A stretch of 64,000 bases of DNA, from NCBI GenBank assembly GCA_963823665.1, contig CAWGMQ010000004.1:672001-736000 (forward strand), given 5' to 3'. Within the stretch, counting starts at the first letter, position 1; each line of letters begins with the position of its first letter. Source of the DNA: an uncultured Planctomycetota bacterium. GTDB lineage: Bacteria > Planctomycetota > Planctomycetia > Isosphaerales > Isosphaeraceae. The translations under genes were made by a program, and so were the position numbers. Under the pieces are notes generated by a model that was not told the DNA's origin, did no database searches, and saw nothing but the letters and a program-made list of their open reading frames with translations. Below are positions 54,427-64,000 of the stretch, piece by piece.

Positions 54427-55202
54427 GTGAGCGGTCTGGCAAACGGTCGAAACGGCTTTCCCGAGCTTCCGATCCTGCACTCAGTGCCTCCGCCGCCGCC
54501 GCGCACCGAGCGCGAGAAGTATGGCGGCCTGCTCTATCTCGGCGCCGGCGGCCTGGTGGTGCTCGTTCTTTTCATCGCCTGGTTCGGCTTACGCGTCTGG
54601 CAGCTCCGAGACATGTGGGCCGAAGTCTACGCCCTTCATGACGCGACGCGGTCAGAGGCCCAGCGCGTCGAATCGGCGATCAAGCTCAGCCGCGACAAGC
54701 GAGTCACCGACCACCAGTTGATGGAGATCTGCCTGAGACGCGACCTGCCCGATCGTGCTCGGTACATCCTGGCCGAGGCGATCTCGACGGAGGCGGTGGC
54801 ACGGGATCCGCGCGCTACGCGCTCACCCTGGCTAGAAGCCAGGACTGGCCCGACTGGCTGCGCCTCGTGCTCGCGCGGAGGCTCGCATACGGCGCGGCCC
54901 GCGGCTACGCCATTCCCGCATCGGCACTCGAGGAGCTAGCACAGCACACCGACCCGATGATCCGCATCTGGGCAAACTACTCGCTGGCAGTAATGCCCGG
55001 TTTGAAAACCGATGCGGGAGCAAAGCTTGAAGAAGCCCGGCGCACTCAGGACGACAACGGCAAGCTCGCCGAGATGCTTTCCGACGCAACGACCGGGCCG
55101 CTAGAGGAGCGCGACCGCCGTCTCGATGAAGCCACGATGTGGATGAGAGAGCATCATCCGCAGGCGGCAAAGATCTGGGCCACGGCCGGTGGCGGCATCT
55201 GA
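54427..55202 (+). CDS. membrane-anchored helical hypothetical protein, frameshift near 54810
   Basis: ORFs 54427..54939 and 54867..55202 join; one TM segment. Confidence 0.6.
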
Positions 55203-55476
55203 GCGGGGATGTTGATTCTGCTGACCACGCTCGTTAGAGCGTAGTTCGGACGGAACGGATGTCCTCCAGCCTGGCGCGTGCGCCAGATCTTCGATGCCGG
55301 TCGATCTGGGGCGAGGGGCGTTCGAGGTTCGCCAGCAACACGGCGATCGGACGAAAGCGGCCGCGCCATGCCGAACCGCCGCGGTGCTTTTCAGGGACAG
55401 CGTGACTCCGCCGTTGCCGCTGTGCGGAATTTCGTGATAAATTCATCGAGTGGACAAACAACACGAACCGAGGTGC

Positions 55477-55710
55477 ATGGTGGTAGTGACTCTCACCCCA
55501 GAACTGGAAATCACGCTCGAAGAGATGGCCCGGCGGCAAGGAGTGTCCGTTGAAGATCTCGTACGAACTGTCCTCCGCGAATGGGTTGAGCGTGTTGCGA
55601 AAGGGAACGGTTCGGCGAATGACTGGGTCACACTGGTTCTTTCAGCGGGCACTGACTGCGGCGTTTCGCTACCCGACAGCGCGTTGAGTAGCGATGGGTT
55701 GTATGAGTAA
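55477..55710 (+). CDS. putative ribbon-helix-helix-type antitoxin
   Basis: MVVTLTPELEITLEEMARRQGVSVEDLV...LSSDGLYE; stop overlaps the start of a PIN-like ORF (TAATG). Confidence 0.7.
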   Translation: MVVVTLTPELEITLEEMARRQGVSVEDLVRTVLREWVERVAKGNGSANDWVTLVLSAGTDCGVSLPDSALSSDGLYE

Positions 55711-55770
55711 TGGCTTATCTTGTTGACACGAGCGTTCTGGGCCGATTAGCGAACAGCGCCGATGCGCCTC
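55710..55770 (+). pseudogene. N-terminal remnant (about 20 codons) of a PIN/VapC toxin
   Basis: MAYLVDTSVLGRLANSADAPH, after which the sequence becomes the antisense of the cinA 3' end. Confidence 0.65.
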
Positions 55771-57019
55771 ACCACTCTCGCAACAGCGTCAACCGCGCCC
55801 AGTTGATGGCGGCTTTGGAGGCGCGGTGCTGGATGATGGCCCGCGGCTGGTCTGATCCGATGTCGAGCCGGCGCGTTTGTGTTCCCCGCGGTGTCGACAT
55901 TCCCAGGTACACCAGACCGACGGGCTTTTCCGGCGTGCCGCCCGTGGGACCTGCGACACCCGTGGCGGAAACGGCGATCCCGGCATTGAATCGCGCTCGA
56001 GCTCCAAAGGCCATCGCCGCGGCGACTTCGGCGCTCACGGCGCCGTGCTCTTCGATCAAAGCCGCCGCAACGCCGAGCAGCTCGACCTTGGCCTCGTTCG
56101 CGTAGCTCACGACGCCTCCCGGGTAGTAAGGGCTCACGCCCTGCACCGCGGTGATCATGTGGGCGATCAAACCGCCGGTGCACGACTCGGCCGTGGCAAG
56201 GGTCGCCCCGGTGCGCACCAGTTCCGCGAGAAGGGCCTCGGGCACGTCGGTCGAGCCTTCACCGACAATGAGTGTTCCAAATCGCTCGTAAATCAGCCGG
56301 GCGGTGGGTTCGATCAGCTTCGCGGCCTCGTCGTCGGTCCTGGCGGAAGCGCGGATGCGGAAGCTGATGGTAGCGTCGTGAGCGGTGATGCCGACCTCAG
56401 GCTCGCGGCCGCGGGCCGTCAAGTCCAGCGCCTGCGCTTCGATGTCGGATTCTCCCTTGCCGAAGAGGTTGATCTTGCGATGGACAATGACTTGCTGGTT
56501 GAAACCATCCTGACGCAGCCTGGGAATCACCTGCTCGCGGAACATCAGCTTCATCTCCGACGGAACGCCTGGTAGACACGCGAAGCAGGCACGGCCGATT
56601 TTCATCCAGATGCCCGGAGCCGTTCCAACCGGGTTAGGAAGCGGAACGGCGCCTTGCGGAAAGTACGCCTGGATGCGGTTTCGCTCGGTCATCACCCGGT
56701 TGCGGCGGGCAAACATCGCTGCGATTGCCGCGAGTGACTCAGCGTTCTCGACCAGAGAAACTTCGGCGCAGCTCGCGAGGGCGTCACGCGTCAAATCATC
56801 CTGCGTTGGGCCCAGGCCCCCCGTGACGACAACGAGATCAGATCGCTCGGTCGCCGCGCGGAAGACCGCGACATCGTCTGCCAGCACGTCACCCAGCGTG
56901 GTGTGCAATTCGACCGAGATTCCCAGATCCGAAAGCTCGCGGCTGAGCCACTGGCTGTTGGTATCGAGCGATTGACCACTCACCAGCTCGCTGCCGATCG
57001 AGATGATTTCCGCCTGCAT
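55769..57019 (-). CDS. cinA: competence/damage-inducible protein A (MoCF domain + PncC)
   Basis: IGSELVSG, DTNSQWL, GGLGPTQDDLT, ATAESCTGG, TGVAGPTGGT. Confidence 0.93.
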   Translation of the reverse strand: MQAEIISIGSELVSGQSLDTNSQWLSRELSDLGISVELHTTLGDVLADDVAVFRAATERSDLVVVTGGLGPTQDDLTRDALASCAEVSLVENAESLAAIAAMFARRNRVMTERNRIQAYFPQGAVPLPNPVGTAPGIWMKIGRACFACLPGVPSEMKLMFREQVIPRLRQDGFNQQVIVHRKINLFGKGESDIEAQALDLTARGREPEVGITAHDATISFRIRASARTDDEAAKLIEPTARLIYERFGTLIVGEGSTDVPEALLAELVRTGATLATAESCTGGLIAHMITAVQGVSPYYPGGVVSYANEAKVELLGVAAALIEEHGAVSAEVAAAMAFGARARFNAGIAVSATGVAGPTGGTPEKPVGLVYLGMSTPRGTQTRRLDIGSDQPRAIIQHRASKAAINWARLTLLREW

Positions 57020-57210
57020 GGGTGATTCTCACTCCCGCGACCCGTTCGTGAAGTTCTTGCAAACATGAGGGTATCAACTGAAAGAGTCTCTGGCACCATT
57101 GCTTTTCCGTCGGTTAAGATGTCCAGGACCAAGGGCGACTCCCGCACGCAGCCAGGGAGACATGCAGGAGTGCTCTTTCGACCAAGAACTGAGCCGAGAG
57201 GTTGCGACCC

Positions 57211-57812
57211 ATGAGAGGCAGTGTGCTGCAACGGCCGACTCTCGTCTTGAATCGCCACTGGCAGCCGGTGCACGTGGCTCCGGTGGCGCGGGCGCTCGTG
57301 ATGGTCTGGAATGACGCGGCGTACGTGATCGACCCCGACGACTTCCAGCTCTACACCTGGTCCGACTGGGCGAAGCTCGCGCCCGGGAGGGAGAACCTTT
57401 CATCCGGACGGTGCGATTTCATCTGCGTGTGCCGGAGGTGCTGGCGCTCACGCGTCACGATCGGGCACGGCACCAAACCGTCACCTTCAGCCGTCGGAAC
57501 CTGTTCAAGCGCGATCACTCGACCTGTCAGTACTGCGGCTGCCAGCCGGGCACGGAAGAGCTGACGATCGACCATGTGATACCCAGGGCTCAAGGCGGGC
57601 AGACCACCTGGGAAAACTGCGCGCTGGCCTGCGTGCCTTGCAATGCGAAGAAGGCAAATCGAACGCCGGACCAGGCTGGGATGAGGCTGCGCCGCGTGCC
57701 GGTGCGTCCCTCGTGGAAACCGCTCTATGATGCAGCCGGAATCCGGATCGCAAGCTGGTCACGATTCCTGAGCGACGCCTACTGGAATGTGCCGCTCGAA
57801 AGCGGGCGGTGA
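57211..57812 (+). CDS. HNH endonuclease, frameshift near 57400
   Basis: TLVLNRHWQP; FSRRNLFKRDHSTCQYCG...TIDHVIPRAQGGQTTWENCALACVPCNAKK. Confidence 0.88.
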
Positions 57813-57816
57813 GTAG

Positions 57817-58913
57817 TCATTTCGCCACCGGAACATCGTCGATCCTTGCATAGGTTTTCGACTGCCAGATCGCCTTGTTGTCACGCGTATAGATGACAAG
57901 ATTGCCATCGTCTTGACATCTCAAGAACGCACCGGGATGCCCTTGTGTGCGCGTTTGAAAGCAGACCTTTTCGTCTTCGTCGTAAACGATGAAGTTGCCG
58001 TCGCCTTTCATCACGCAATAAGCGGCCACGCCCGCGCTGGGGCCGGCGGCGTGCGTGTTCGTCCACCACATGGCGTCGTGATAGATCTCCATCAAGTCCA
58101 GCGAATGCGACACGACCTGTGCGGCATCCACCGGAATCCGCGTGTCGTCGATGACGTAGAGAACAAGGTTTCCATCGTGCTGGAAGACCAGCCGGAAACC
58201 GGCCAGTGGCGAGAACAGACTGTCGCCGGGGTTCAGCCGCCACCCGGGTCTCAGGTCCCTTGAGAAGCGCGCGGGCATTCCCCGGTCGGGCCGCATGACG
58301 CGGCCGGGAGCGGCTTGTGCCGGACTCGCCGCTTGGCGAATCACCGGCCTGGCGGCGGAGTTCGTCGACCAGGCCGGTTTCAAGTCATGGGTATAGACGA
58401 CCAGATTGCCGTCCGTCTGAAGTCTCAACAGAGAGCCGGGATGGCCCGTCGTGCCGGTCTCGAACACGGGGCGCCCGGCTTGATCGCAAACCAGAAAGTT
58501 ACCGTCCTCCCTCATGACGCAGTACGACCCCCGGCCTTTCCCTTCCTTGGGCACATGCGTACCCGTCGACCAGATGGGCTTGGCATAAAGCTTCATGACG
58601 TCGGGCGTGCAGGCAAAGACACGCAAGATGTCCGCGGGAAGCTTCATATCATCGATCGCATAGAGCACCAAGTTGCCGTCATTCTGCATGACAAGCCGGA
58701 ATCCACCCAGCGCAGCGAACAGGCTTTCTCCCGAATTGAGCCACCAGCCGGAATTGAGATCGGTGCACAGGTTAACCGAAACTTGAAGCTCGCGGCCGCT
58801 CGCGGCCGCCGAGCCGGCGCGAGCGCGGGCCCGAACAGGGCCGGTGATCGCGCAAAGTCTAGCGCAAGAAGAACGGCCGCGGCTACCGCAACGGTTTTCT
58901 GGGTGGCGGTCAT
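57817..58913 (-). CDS. secreted tandem bulb-type (B-/GNA-like) lectin, frameshift in or after the signal peptide
   Basis: Two internal repeats carrying QxDxNxVxY motifs (QNDGNLVLY, QTDGNLVVY, QHDGNLVLY, QDDGNLVIY). Signal-like MTATQKTVAVAAAVLLAL from ATG 58913 after GAGGA. Confidence 0.85.
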
Positions 58914-58985
58914 CGTGATCCTCCTCGCGAAGGAGTCTCGGACCAACCATCTTAACGGATTTTGGCCCGGCAGCTAAGGGCCGTA

Positions 58986-59126
58986 TCAGCGCCGCCAGAG
59001 CGCCCAGACGATCACGCCGCCGATTCCCACGAACAAGACGGGCAGGAACCACTTGTCAAGAAAGCCTTGAAGTGTTCGGGGTTGTTTCTTGGCAGGCGCG
59101 ACGGTCTTCGGCTGTGAGTTCTTCAT
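58986..59126 (-). CDS. 46-aa single-pass membrane microprotein
   Basis: MKNSQPKTVAPAKKQPRTLQGFLDKWFLPVLFVGIGGVIVWALWRR*; not in the ORF track. Confidence 0.6.
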   Translation of the reverse strand: MKNSQPKTVAPAKKQPRTLQGFLDKWFLPVLFVGIGGVIVWALWRR

Positions 59127-59391
59127 CGGAGCGACCGGCTCTCTGCGGAATTGCCGCAAGAAGTGTCCGTGCGGAAGCGGGGACAGTTGTCATAGGATAA
59201 GTGTACTTCCCGTCAGCCGATCAATCAAGTGTGTAAGGTTTTAAATTTTTTGAATTTTTCAACTATTTGTATCAGCGTACACTGTAACGTCGACACGCGC
59301 AGCACGGGAGCGTGCGCTGGGGATTCTGCCCAGTCGCTTCCAAAAGTCGGATTCGCCACGCCCAGTGCACGGGCGCTGGCCGTTGCACGTG

Positions 59392-59841
59392 TTATCTGGG
59401 CTTGACGGTCACGTCCGTCTTGACGGAGCTGGCGATGAAGCACGCGTGGTGAGCGGTCTCATGCATCTTGGCGATCTCTTCCGCCGACGGGATCTTCTCG
59501 CCTCCAAACTTGATCTGCGGCTGCAAGGTGACCGTCGTGATGGCGAGCTGGCCCTCCGCATTCTTCGCGAGCATGCCGACGGCTTCGTCGTGGTAGTCGT
59601 CTACGCTGAGTTTCTTTCTCGCGGCGATCGCTAGAAATGTGAGCATGTGACAGCTCGAAAGGCTGGCCACGAATGCTTCCTCCGGATCCACGCATTGCGG
59701 GCTTCCCAGGTAGCCCGGGGCCGCAGAAGCTCGCACCTTGATCCCGGCATCGAATTCCCAGTCGTGGTCGCGGTTGTAGTTCTCGTACTGGAAGTCGGGC
59801 GTTTCACGCCGCCAGTGGATCGTGGCCTTGTGTTCGGACAT
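59392..59841 (-). CDS. OsmC/Ohr family peroxiredoxin-like protein
   Basis: YNRDH, VDPEEAFVASLSSCHMLTFL, AHHACFIASSV; GGAG RBS. Confidence 0.9.
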   Translation of the reverse strand: MSEHKATIHWRRETPDFQYENYNRDHDWEFDAGIKVRASAAPGYLGSPQCVDPEEAFVASLSSCHMLTFLAIAARKKLSVDDYHDEAVGMLAKNAEGQLAITTVTLQPQIKFGGEKIPSAEEIAKMHETAHHACFIASSVKTDVTVKPR

Positions 59842-60005
59842 TGTGATGCTCCTTGAGAGTGCTCGTTCCAGGAACACCGAGCATTGCACACGGCCGTTCG
59901 AATCGCAACGCCTCCGGCACCCAGGACGGCGAGTATGAGCGGGAAGTGTATCCCGGTCGTTCGGGCGCGGTGAATATGAGTTGCGGCCGCCCTCTCGCGT
60001 CGGAT

Positions 60006-62249
60006 TCAATGTGGTTGAGGAAGGGCTTGCCAATCAAGACGGCGGTAATGGCCGTCGAATTCGGTGATCGAGATGGCCTGGTCTGCCGCGACGTTGCGGA
60101 AGACCTGGGTGGTGTGGCTGGCAGGCCACGAGACTTCGAGTGTCGCCACGCGCGTTGCGTCGGCGAGGCCGATGGTCTGCTCCAGGGTGTTGGCGCCGAA
60201 GCTGCTGCCTGAAGAGACCAGCCGGTGAATCGATCGCGGCTGCGATCCTTCCGTCACGACCTTGATGCGCGCTCCGATCGCAGACCGGTTGGTTTTCCTG
60301 CCGATGAACTTCACGGTCAGCCAGTGGTTCCCTTGCCCGGGATTTTGAAAAAGCACATTGTGATATTTGTCGCCGTTGACTGCGCCGCCCATTTCGATGA
60401 AGAGGTCGACATCGCCGTCGCGGTCCCAGTCGCCGCAGGCGACGCCGTGGCCTTTCTGGAGGTGGCCGGTGCGCGAAGAGCCGGTGATGTCGGCGAATCG
60501 AGATCCACAGACGTTCTTGAACATCCGGTTGGGGACGAGGGTGGCCACGCTCGGCTCGCCGGTTCCCAGGTAGAAATCAAGCCAGCCGTCATTATCAAAG
60601 TCAGCAAAGTTACAACCCATGGGCGCATACACGCCTCCCAGGCCGGCCGGCTTGGTAAGGTCTTCAAACGTTTCCCCGTGAGAATTCCGGAAAAGCCTGC
60701 CAGAGGAAAGATTGTGGGGCTTACCGATCATTCCCTTGACGAAAGAGGTCAAGTCGCGATCAATCGACGCCGCGAAGATGTCGAGCCAACCGTCATTGTC
60801 ATAATCCCAGGCCCAGCAGGCAAAACCGTAGCGCGGGCCGTCGATGTTCATCTCGAGCGTTGCTTCCGCGAAACGGCCGTCGCCCTCGTTGTGATAGAGC
60901 CTGCCGGTATCCGCGAGGTTGTTCACGAACAAATCCTGGAACCCGTCGTTATCGTAGTCGATCCAGGTGCATCCCTTGGCGAAGCGGGAGGGATCTGCTT
61001 CCAGGCCGGCGGGCGACGTGACGTCTTCAAAGGTGCCATCGCCGCGATTGTGGTAAAGCCGGTTGCGCTGGCGCTCGCACGCGACGAAAAGGTCGATCCA
61101 GCCGTCGTTGTCGTAGTCGCCCCAGGCCGCCGCGTTCGAGTTTGCCGGATCAAGCAAACCGGCTTCACGAGTGACGTCGGTGAATCGGCCGGCTCCGCCG
61201 TTTCGCAGGAGTGTGGGTCGGATCGGCGAGTCGAGCCAGGCTCCGCGAGGAATAAAGATGTCCAGCGTACCGTCGTTGTTATAGTCGGCCTGGTAGCAGA
61301 CAAGCCCACCAAGCTGGTCGTTGATTCCCGCCGCCTGGCTGCGATTCTCGAACGTGCCGTCGCCCGAGTTTCGGTAGAAAGCCATCGGCACGGTGGGATC
61401 GGAGGTAGTGACGACGAGGTCAAGGAGCCCGTCGCCGTCGAAGTCGTCCATGATCGCGCCGCCGCCCTGATTGAATCGGTCGACTCCGGCCTCATGGCTC
61501 TTGTCCCGAAACTCGCCGATGTCGAATTCGGACCGGAAGAAGCGATCGATGGCTCGGTGGAATTCGGGATCGCCGTCATCCGAATGCTCGCCAAGGGTCA
61601 TGCGTGCGATCTTCAGCAGCCATCGCACCCCCACGTCGTCCGGGAAGAGCTCGAGGTATTCCTTGAAGTGCTTGACAGCCAACCGCGAACCAGTTGGATT
61701 CGAATGCACGGCCGCCGGTGCGATGGGAACAATGCACGAGCTCTCGCCGCGGCAGGCGATGCAATTGTCATTCTCACCGCGTCTCATCGCCGCGGCACCC
61801 TGAAGGAAGATGAGCGTGGCGAGCGACAGTCGCGCCGTATTCGGGTCGGTCTCGACGCTGGCTCGAAGCCCGGAGATCGTCTCGTAAGAACCCTGGGCGT
61901 CACCGTCAAAAAGCTGAAACTGAGACCTCATCATCGAGAGTTGAAGACGCTTGATCGGCGGGAGCCCGGGTTTGGCCAGTTCCGCGTCCGCCATCATCAC
62001 GCCACGACGTCCGACTCCTTCCCACCGCCGGGCAATTTCCGCAAGCGTGGCGTCGGCTGGCCACGGCTGCAACACGTCGGTGACCACGCTGAAACCACTG
62101 ACATCCAGATTCGGATGTCGCGGATGCATTTCTCCGCGTGCAACCATCACTTTCGCGCCGGTGTCCGTTGGCCGCGCCGACGTCATCACAAAGGCGCACG
62201 CCGCAACCACGACGATCGCCAGAAGCGCCGCGCGACGAAACACGACCAT
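60006..62249 (-). CDS. FG-GAP/ASPIC-UnbV protein with Cys-triad domain
   Basis: MRRGENDNCIACRGESSCIVPI; FG-GAP repeats; ASPIC C-terminus. Confidence 0.9.
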   Translation of the reverse strand: MVVFRRAALLAIVVVAACAFVMTSARPTDTGAKVMVARGEMHPRHPNLDVSGFSVVTDVLQPWPADATLAEIARRWEGVGRRGVMMADAELAKPGLPPIKRLQLSMMRSQFQLFDGDAQGSYETISGLRASVETDPNTARLSLATLIFLQGAAAMRRGENDNCIACRGESSCIVPIAPAAVHSNPTGSRLAVKHFKEYLELFPDDVGVRWLLKIARMTLGEHSDDGDPEFHRAIDRFFRSEFDIGEFRDKSHEAGVDRFNQGGGAIMDDFDGDGLLDLVVTTSDPTVPMAFYRNSGDGTFENRSQAAGINDQLGGLVCYQADYNNDGTLDIFIPRGAWLDSPIRPTLLRNGGAGRFTDVTREAGLLDPANSNAAAWGDYDNDGWIDLFVACERQRNRLYHNRGDGTFEDVTSPAGLEADPSRFAKGCTWIDYDNDGFQDLFVNNLADTGRLYHNEGDGRFAEATLEMNIDGPRYGFACWAWDYDNDGWLDIFAASIDRDLTSFVKGMIGKPHNLSSGRLFRNSHGETFEDLTKPAGLGGVYAPMGCNFADFDNDGWLDFYLGTGEPSVATLVPNRMFKNVCGSRFADITGSSRTGHLQKGHGVACGDWDRDGDVDLFIEMGGAVNGDKYHNVLFQNPGQGNHWLTVKFIGRKTNRSAIGARIKVVTEGSQPRSIHRLVSSGSSFGANTLEQTIGLADATRVATLEVSWPASHTTQVFRNVAADQAISITEFDGHYRRLDWQALPQPH

Positions 62250-62508
62250 CGCGTCTCCCTTCAAGCAAGGCGCGCGCAAACCTCGAACGTTTCCAGAGGC
62301 GTGTCCCGGCCTGGAGCCGCGTCGTCACGTAGCGTGGATACGCACCATCTCCTAGTGGCTTAGGCGTCAATTCGCGGCGAGTGGGCCCGATCAATTCGCG
62401 CGAATTGATGGAAGCGCGAGCGTCTGGCGGCGTCTTGGGGTCTGGCGCTGGCCGGCTTGAGCCGAGGACCGCGAGGGGATCCAAGAAGCTTGACGCGCGA
62501 TTCCCCGC

Positions 62509-63336
62509 TCAGGTAGGCGTTTTACCTGGCGTGTCGCTTGCAGCCAGGAACTCAATCCCGTCCAAGACTTGCAACAGATCTGCGACACTCTCGATGACGC
62601 GATGCGCGCCGGCCCGTCGAAATTCCTCCGCGGCGGATTCCAGGCGGGCCGCCAGGTCGTCGCGATCGAGTCGCGCCAGCTCTTCCAGGGAGAGCCCAAA
62701 AGAGTTCCCGGTCCTCGTAATGGCGACGGTCCACGCGCCCGCGTTCAGGCCGGCCTCGATGCCGACGCGTGTATCATCGACGACGACGACTTCGGACATC
62801 GGGTAGACGTCGAGCCGCTCCGCAGCCCGGAAGAGCATCCAGGGGGCCGGACGGCCGCGGGGAACATCATCGGCGCAGATCATCACATCCGGCTCGTAGC
62901 CGCCCGCGCGGGCAAGGGGGGCGGCCACTTCCATGAGCGCCTGCGTATATCCCGTCGTGGCTCCGATCTTCATGCCTCGTTTTCTGCATTCCGCGACAAC
63001 TTTCGGAACGCCCGCGATCACATCCGCATGGCGCTCGAGCACGACGCTTTGGAGGGGCAGAAAATCGTCATACAGCCGGTCGACGTCCGCGGGGCCGGCG
63101 GGCCGGCCGTGTATGGCATGCCAGGCCGCGGCGACGCGCGGCAGCGAGAAAAGCTGCTCGAGGTGGTCGCGCTTGGCCGTGCCCATAGGGCCGCGCGCCT
63201 CGGCCGGGGAGAGTTCGACGCCGGCGCGGTGGAAGACTTCGAGGAAGACCTCGACAGGAGCCCGGCTGCCGTGGTCCACGGTGGTACCTGCCCAGTCAAA
63301 TAAGATCGCGCGAATCCTTGGCCGACCATCTCTCAT
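62509..63336 (-). CDS. phnX: phosphonoacetaldehyde hydrolase (phosphonatase)
   Basis: FDWAGTTVDHGSRAP; ARGPMGTAKRDH (Schiff-base Lys); GRPAPWM. Confidence 0.92.
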   Translation of the reverse strand: MRDGRPRIRAILFDWAGTTVDHGSRAPVEVFLEVFHRAGVELSPAEARGPMGTAKRDHLEQLFSLPRVAAAWHAIHGRPAGPADVDRLYDDFLPLQSVVLERHADVIAGVPKVVAECRKRGMKIGATTGYTQALMEVAAPLARAGGYEPDVMICADDVPRGRPAPWMLFRAAERLDVYPMSEVVVVDDTRVGIEAGLNAGAWTVAITRTGNSFGLSLEELARLDRDDLAARLESAAEEFRRAGAHRVIESVADLLQVLDGIEFLAASDTPGKTPT

Positions 63337-64000
63337 GGCAAGGTCTCCCAGAATCGCTCGGCAAGGCCAAACGACATCGTCATTCCCGCGCCGCCGGTTC
63401 CCGTTTGCACGTGGACTCCCGGCAGAGGCTCAGCTTCGAAGACCGGTCGCGCGCCATTTTTCGCGTAGACGCCGTGCCAGCGCTCCCCGATCTCCCAGTG
63501 CGGCAGACGGACGACGCGGCTGAGCTCTCGCAAGATCAGATTGTCGATCACCGCCTTGCCGAACGGATCGATGTCCGGGCCATACTCGTGCGAGTCGCCC
63601 AGGATCACTTCACCGGCATCATTCTGCGATGCCATCACATGGATGCCGAAGCAGTCGAGCTCGGGAGTCTCAACGGCGATGCGCTTTTTCAATGAGTCGA
63701 GACTCGACGTGACGGCGAAGTTGGCGTAGTGCCTCAATGTCAACCCGCTCGCCAGGTGCGGGCCGATCGAAAAGCCTTGTGGCTGCGGCACCGTCCTCTG
63801 CATCTGGAGCTTGCAGCGCGAGAGGCCGGAGTCACGAAATACTTCTGGAAAGAGCGTTTCGAAATCGGCGCCGCCGCATACGACCGTGCGATCGAAAGCC
63901 CACGTGCGGCCTGAAGCGCTGCGCACCCGGCCGGGCTCGACGTTCGTGATCGTCGTTCCAAACTCGAAGCGCACATCCAGGCGACAGGCAAGCCAGCCGG
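63333..64000 (-). CDS. FAD-dependent oxidoreductase, phosphonate-catabolism associated (TIGR03364-like), 5' end outside the window
   Basis: CKLQM, ILGDSHEYG, ERWHGVY, GGAGMTMSFGLA; stop overlaps the phnX start. Confidence 0.8.
   Translation of the reverse strand, partial: GWLACRLDVRFEFGTTITNVEPGRVRSASGRTWAFDRTVVCGGADFETLFPEVFRDSGLSRCKLQMQRTVPQPQGFSIGPHLASGLTLRHYANFAVTSSLDSLKKRIAVETPELDCFGIHVMASQNDAGEVILGDSHEYGPDIDPFGKAVIDNLILRELSRVVRLPHWEIGERWHGVYAKNGARPVFEAEPLPGVHVQTGTGGAGMTMSFGLAERFWETLP

Noticed and set aside
57105..57170. Cobalamin riboswitch (GGTTAAGA...GCCAGGGAGAC resemblance)
   Set aside because: The core GGGAA/CGGTG...CCCGCAACTGT elements are absent, and the downstream gene is not B12-related.
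57211..57812. IscB/Cas9-like RNA-guided nuclease
   Set aside because: It is only about 200 aa with no RuvC motifs or PLMP N-terminus; an ordinary stand-alone HNH protein.

Overview
GC-rich bacterial DNA, very probably from a planctomycete (inferred from DUF1559 prepilin-like genes, many ASPIC/UnbV-FG-GAP paralogs and the attC style). About 12 genes are split by single indels, which looks like long-read consensus error. The window has four parts. (1) 1-25.4 kb is a cell-envelope cluster: seven CRTAC1/ASPIC-UnbV beta-propeller genes in three architectures, a TPR protein, two near-identical DUF1559 genes, twin small lipoproteins, a deleted TMTC-like glycosyltransferase, a Gfo/Idh/MocA oxidoreductase and a double metallo-beta-lactamase-fold gene. 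An eighth ASPIC gene lies at 60-62 kb. (2) After yraN and an MFS transporter, 28.6-32.0 kb is ~3.4 kb with no convincing gene. It is built from a 3-copy CRISPR-spaced repeat, duplicated modules, 10-bp phased repeats and 6/7-mer arrays. (3) 32-45 kb is a decaying defence-like island: a TIR-TIR gene behind an integron attC site (with further degenerate attC sites and no integrase), a tRNA-Leu(CAA) att-like remnant, a 1516-aa nuclease-STAND-repeat (Avs-like) protein, a pentapeptide-TIR gene, an S1/P1 nuclease remnant, an FRG-domain gene, an atypical GGT and a GxxExxY remnant. (4) 45-64 kb holds mixed genes: an AsmA-like protein, a multiheme cytochrome c, a YheT hydrolase, a B12 radical SAM enzyme, a broken PIN toxin-antitoxin pair, cinA, an HNH nuclease, a tandem B-lectin, OsmC, phnX and an FAD oxidoreductase. 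All family calls come from reading motifs by eye; no database searches were run.
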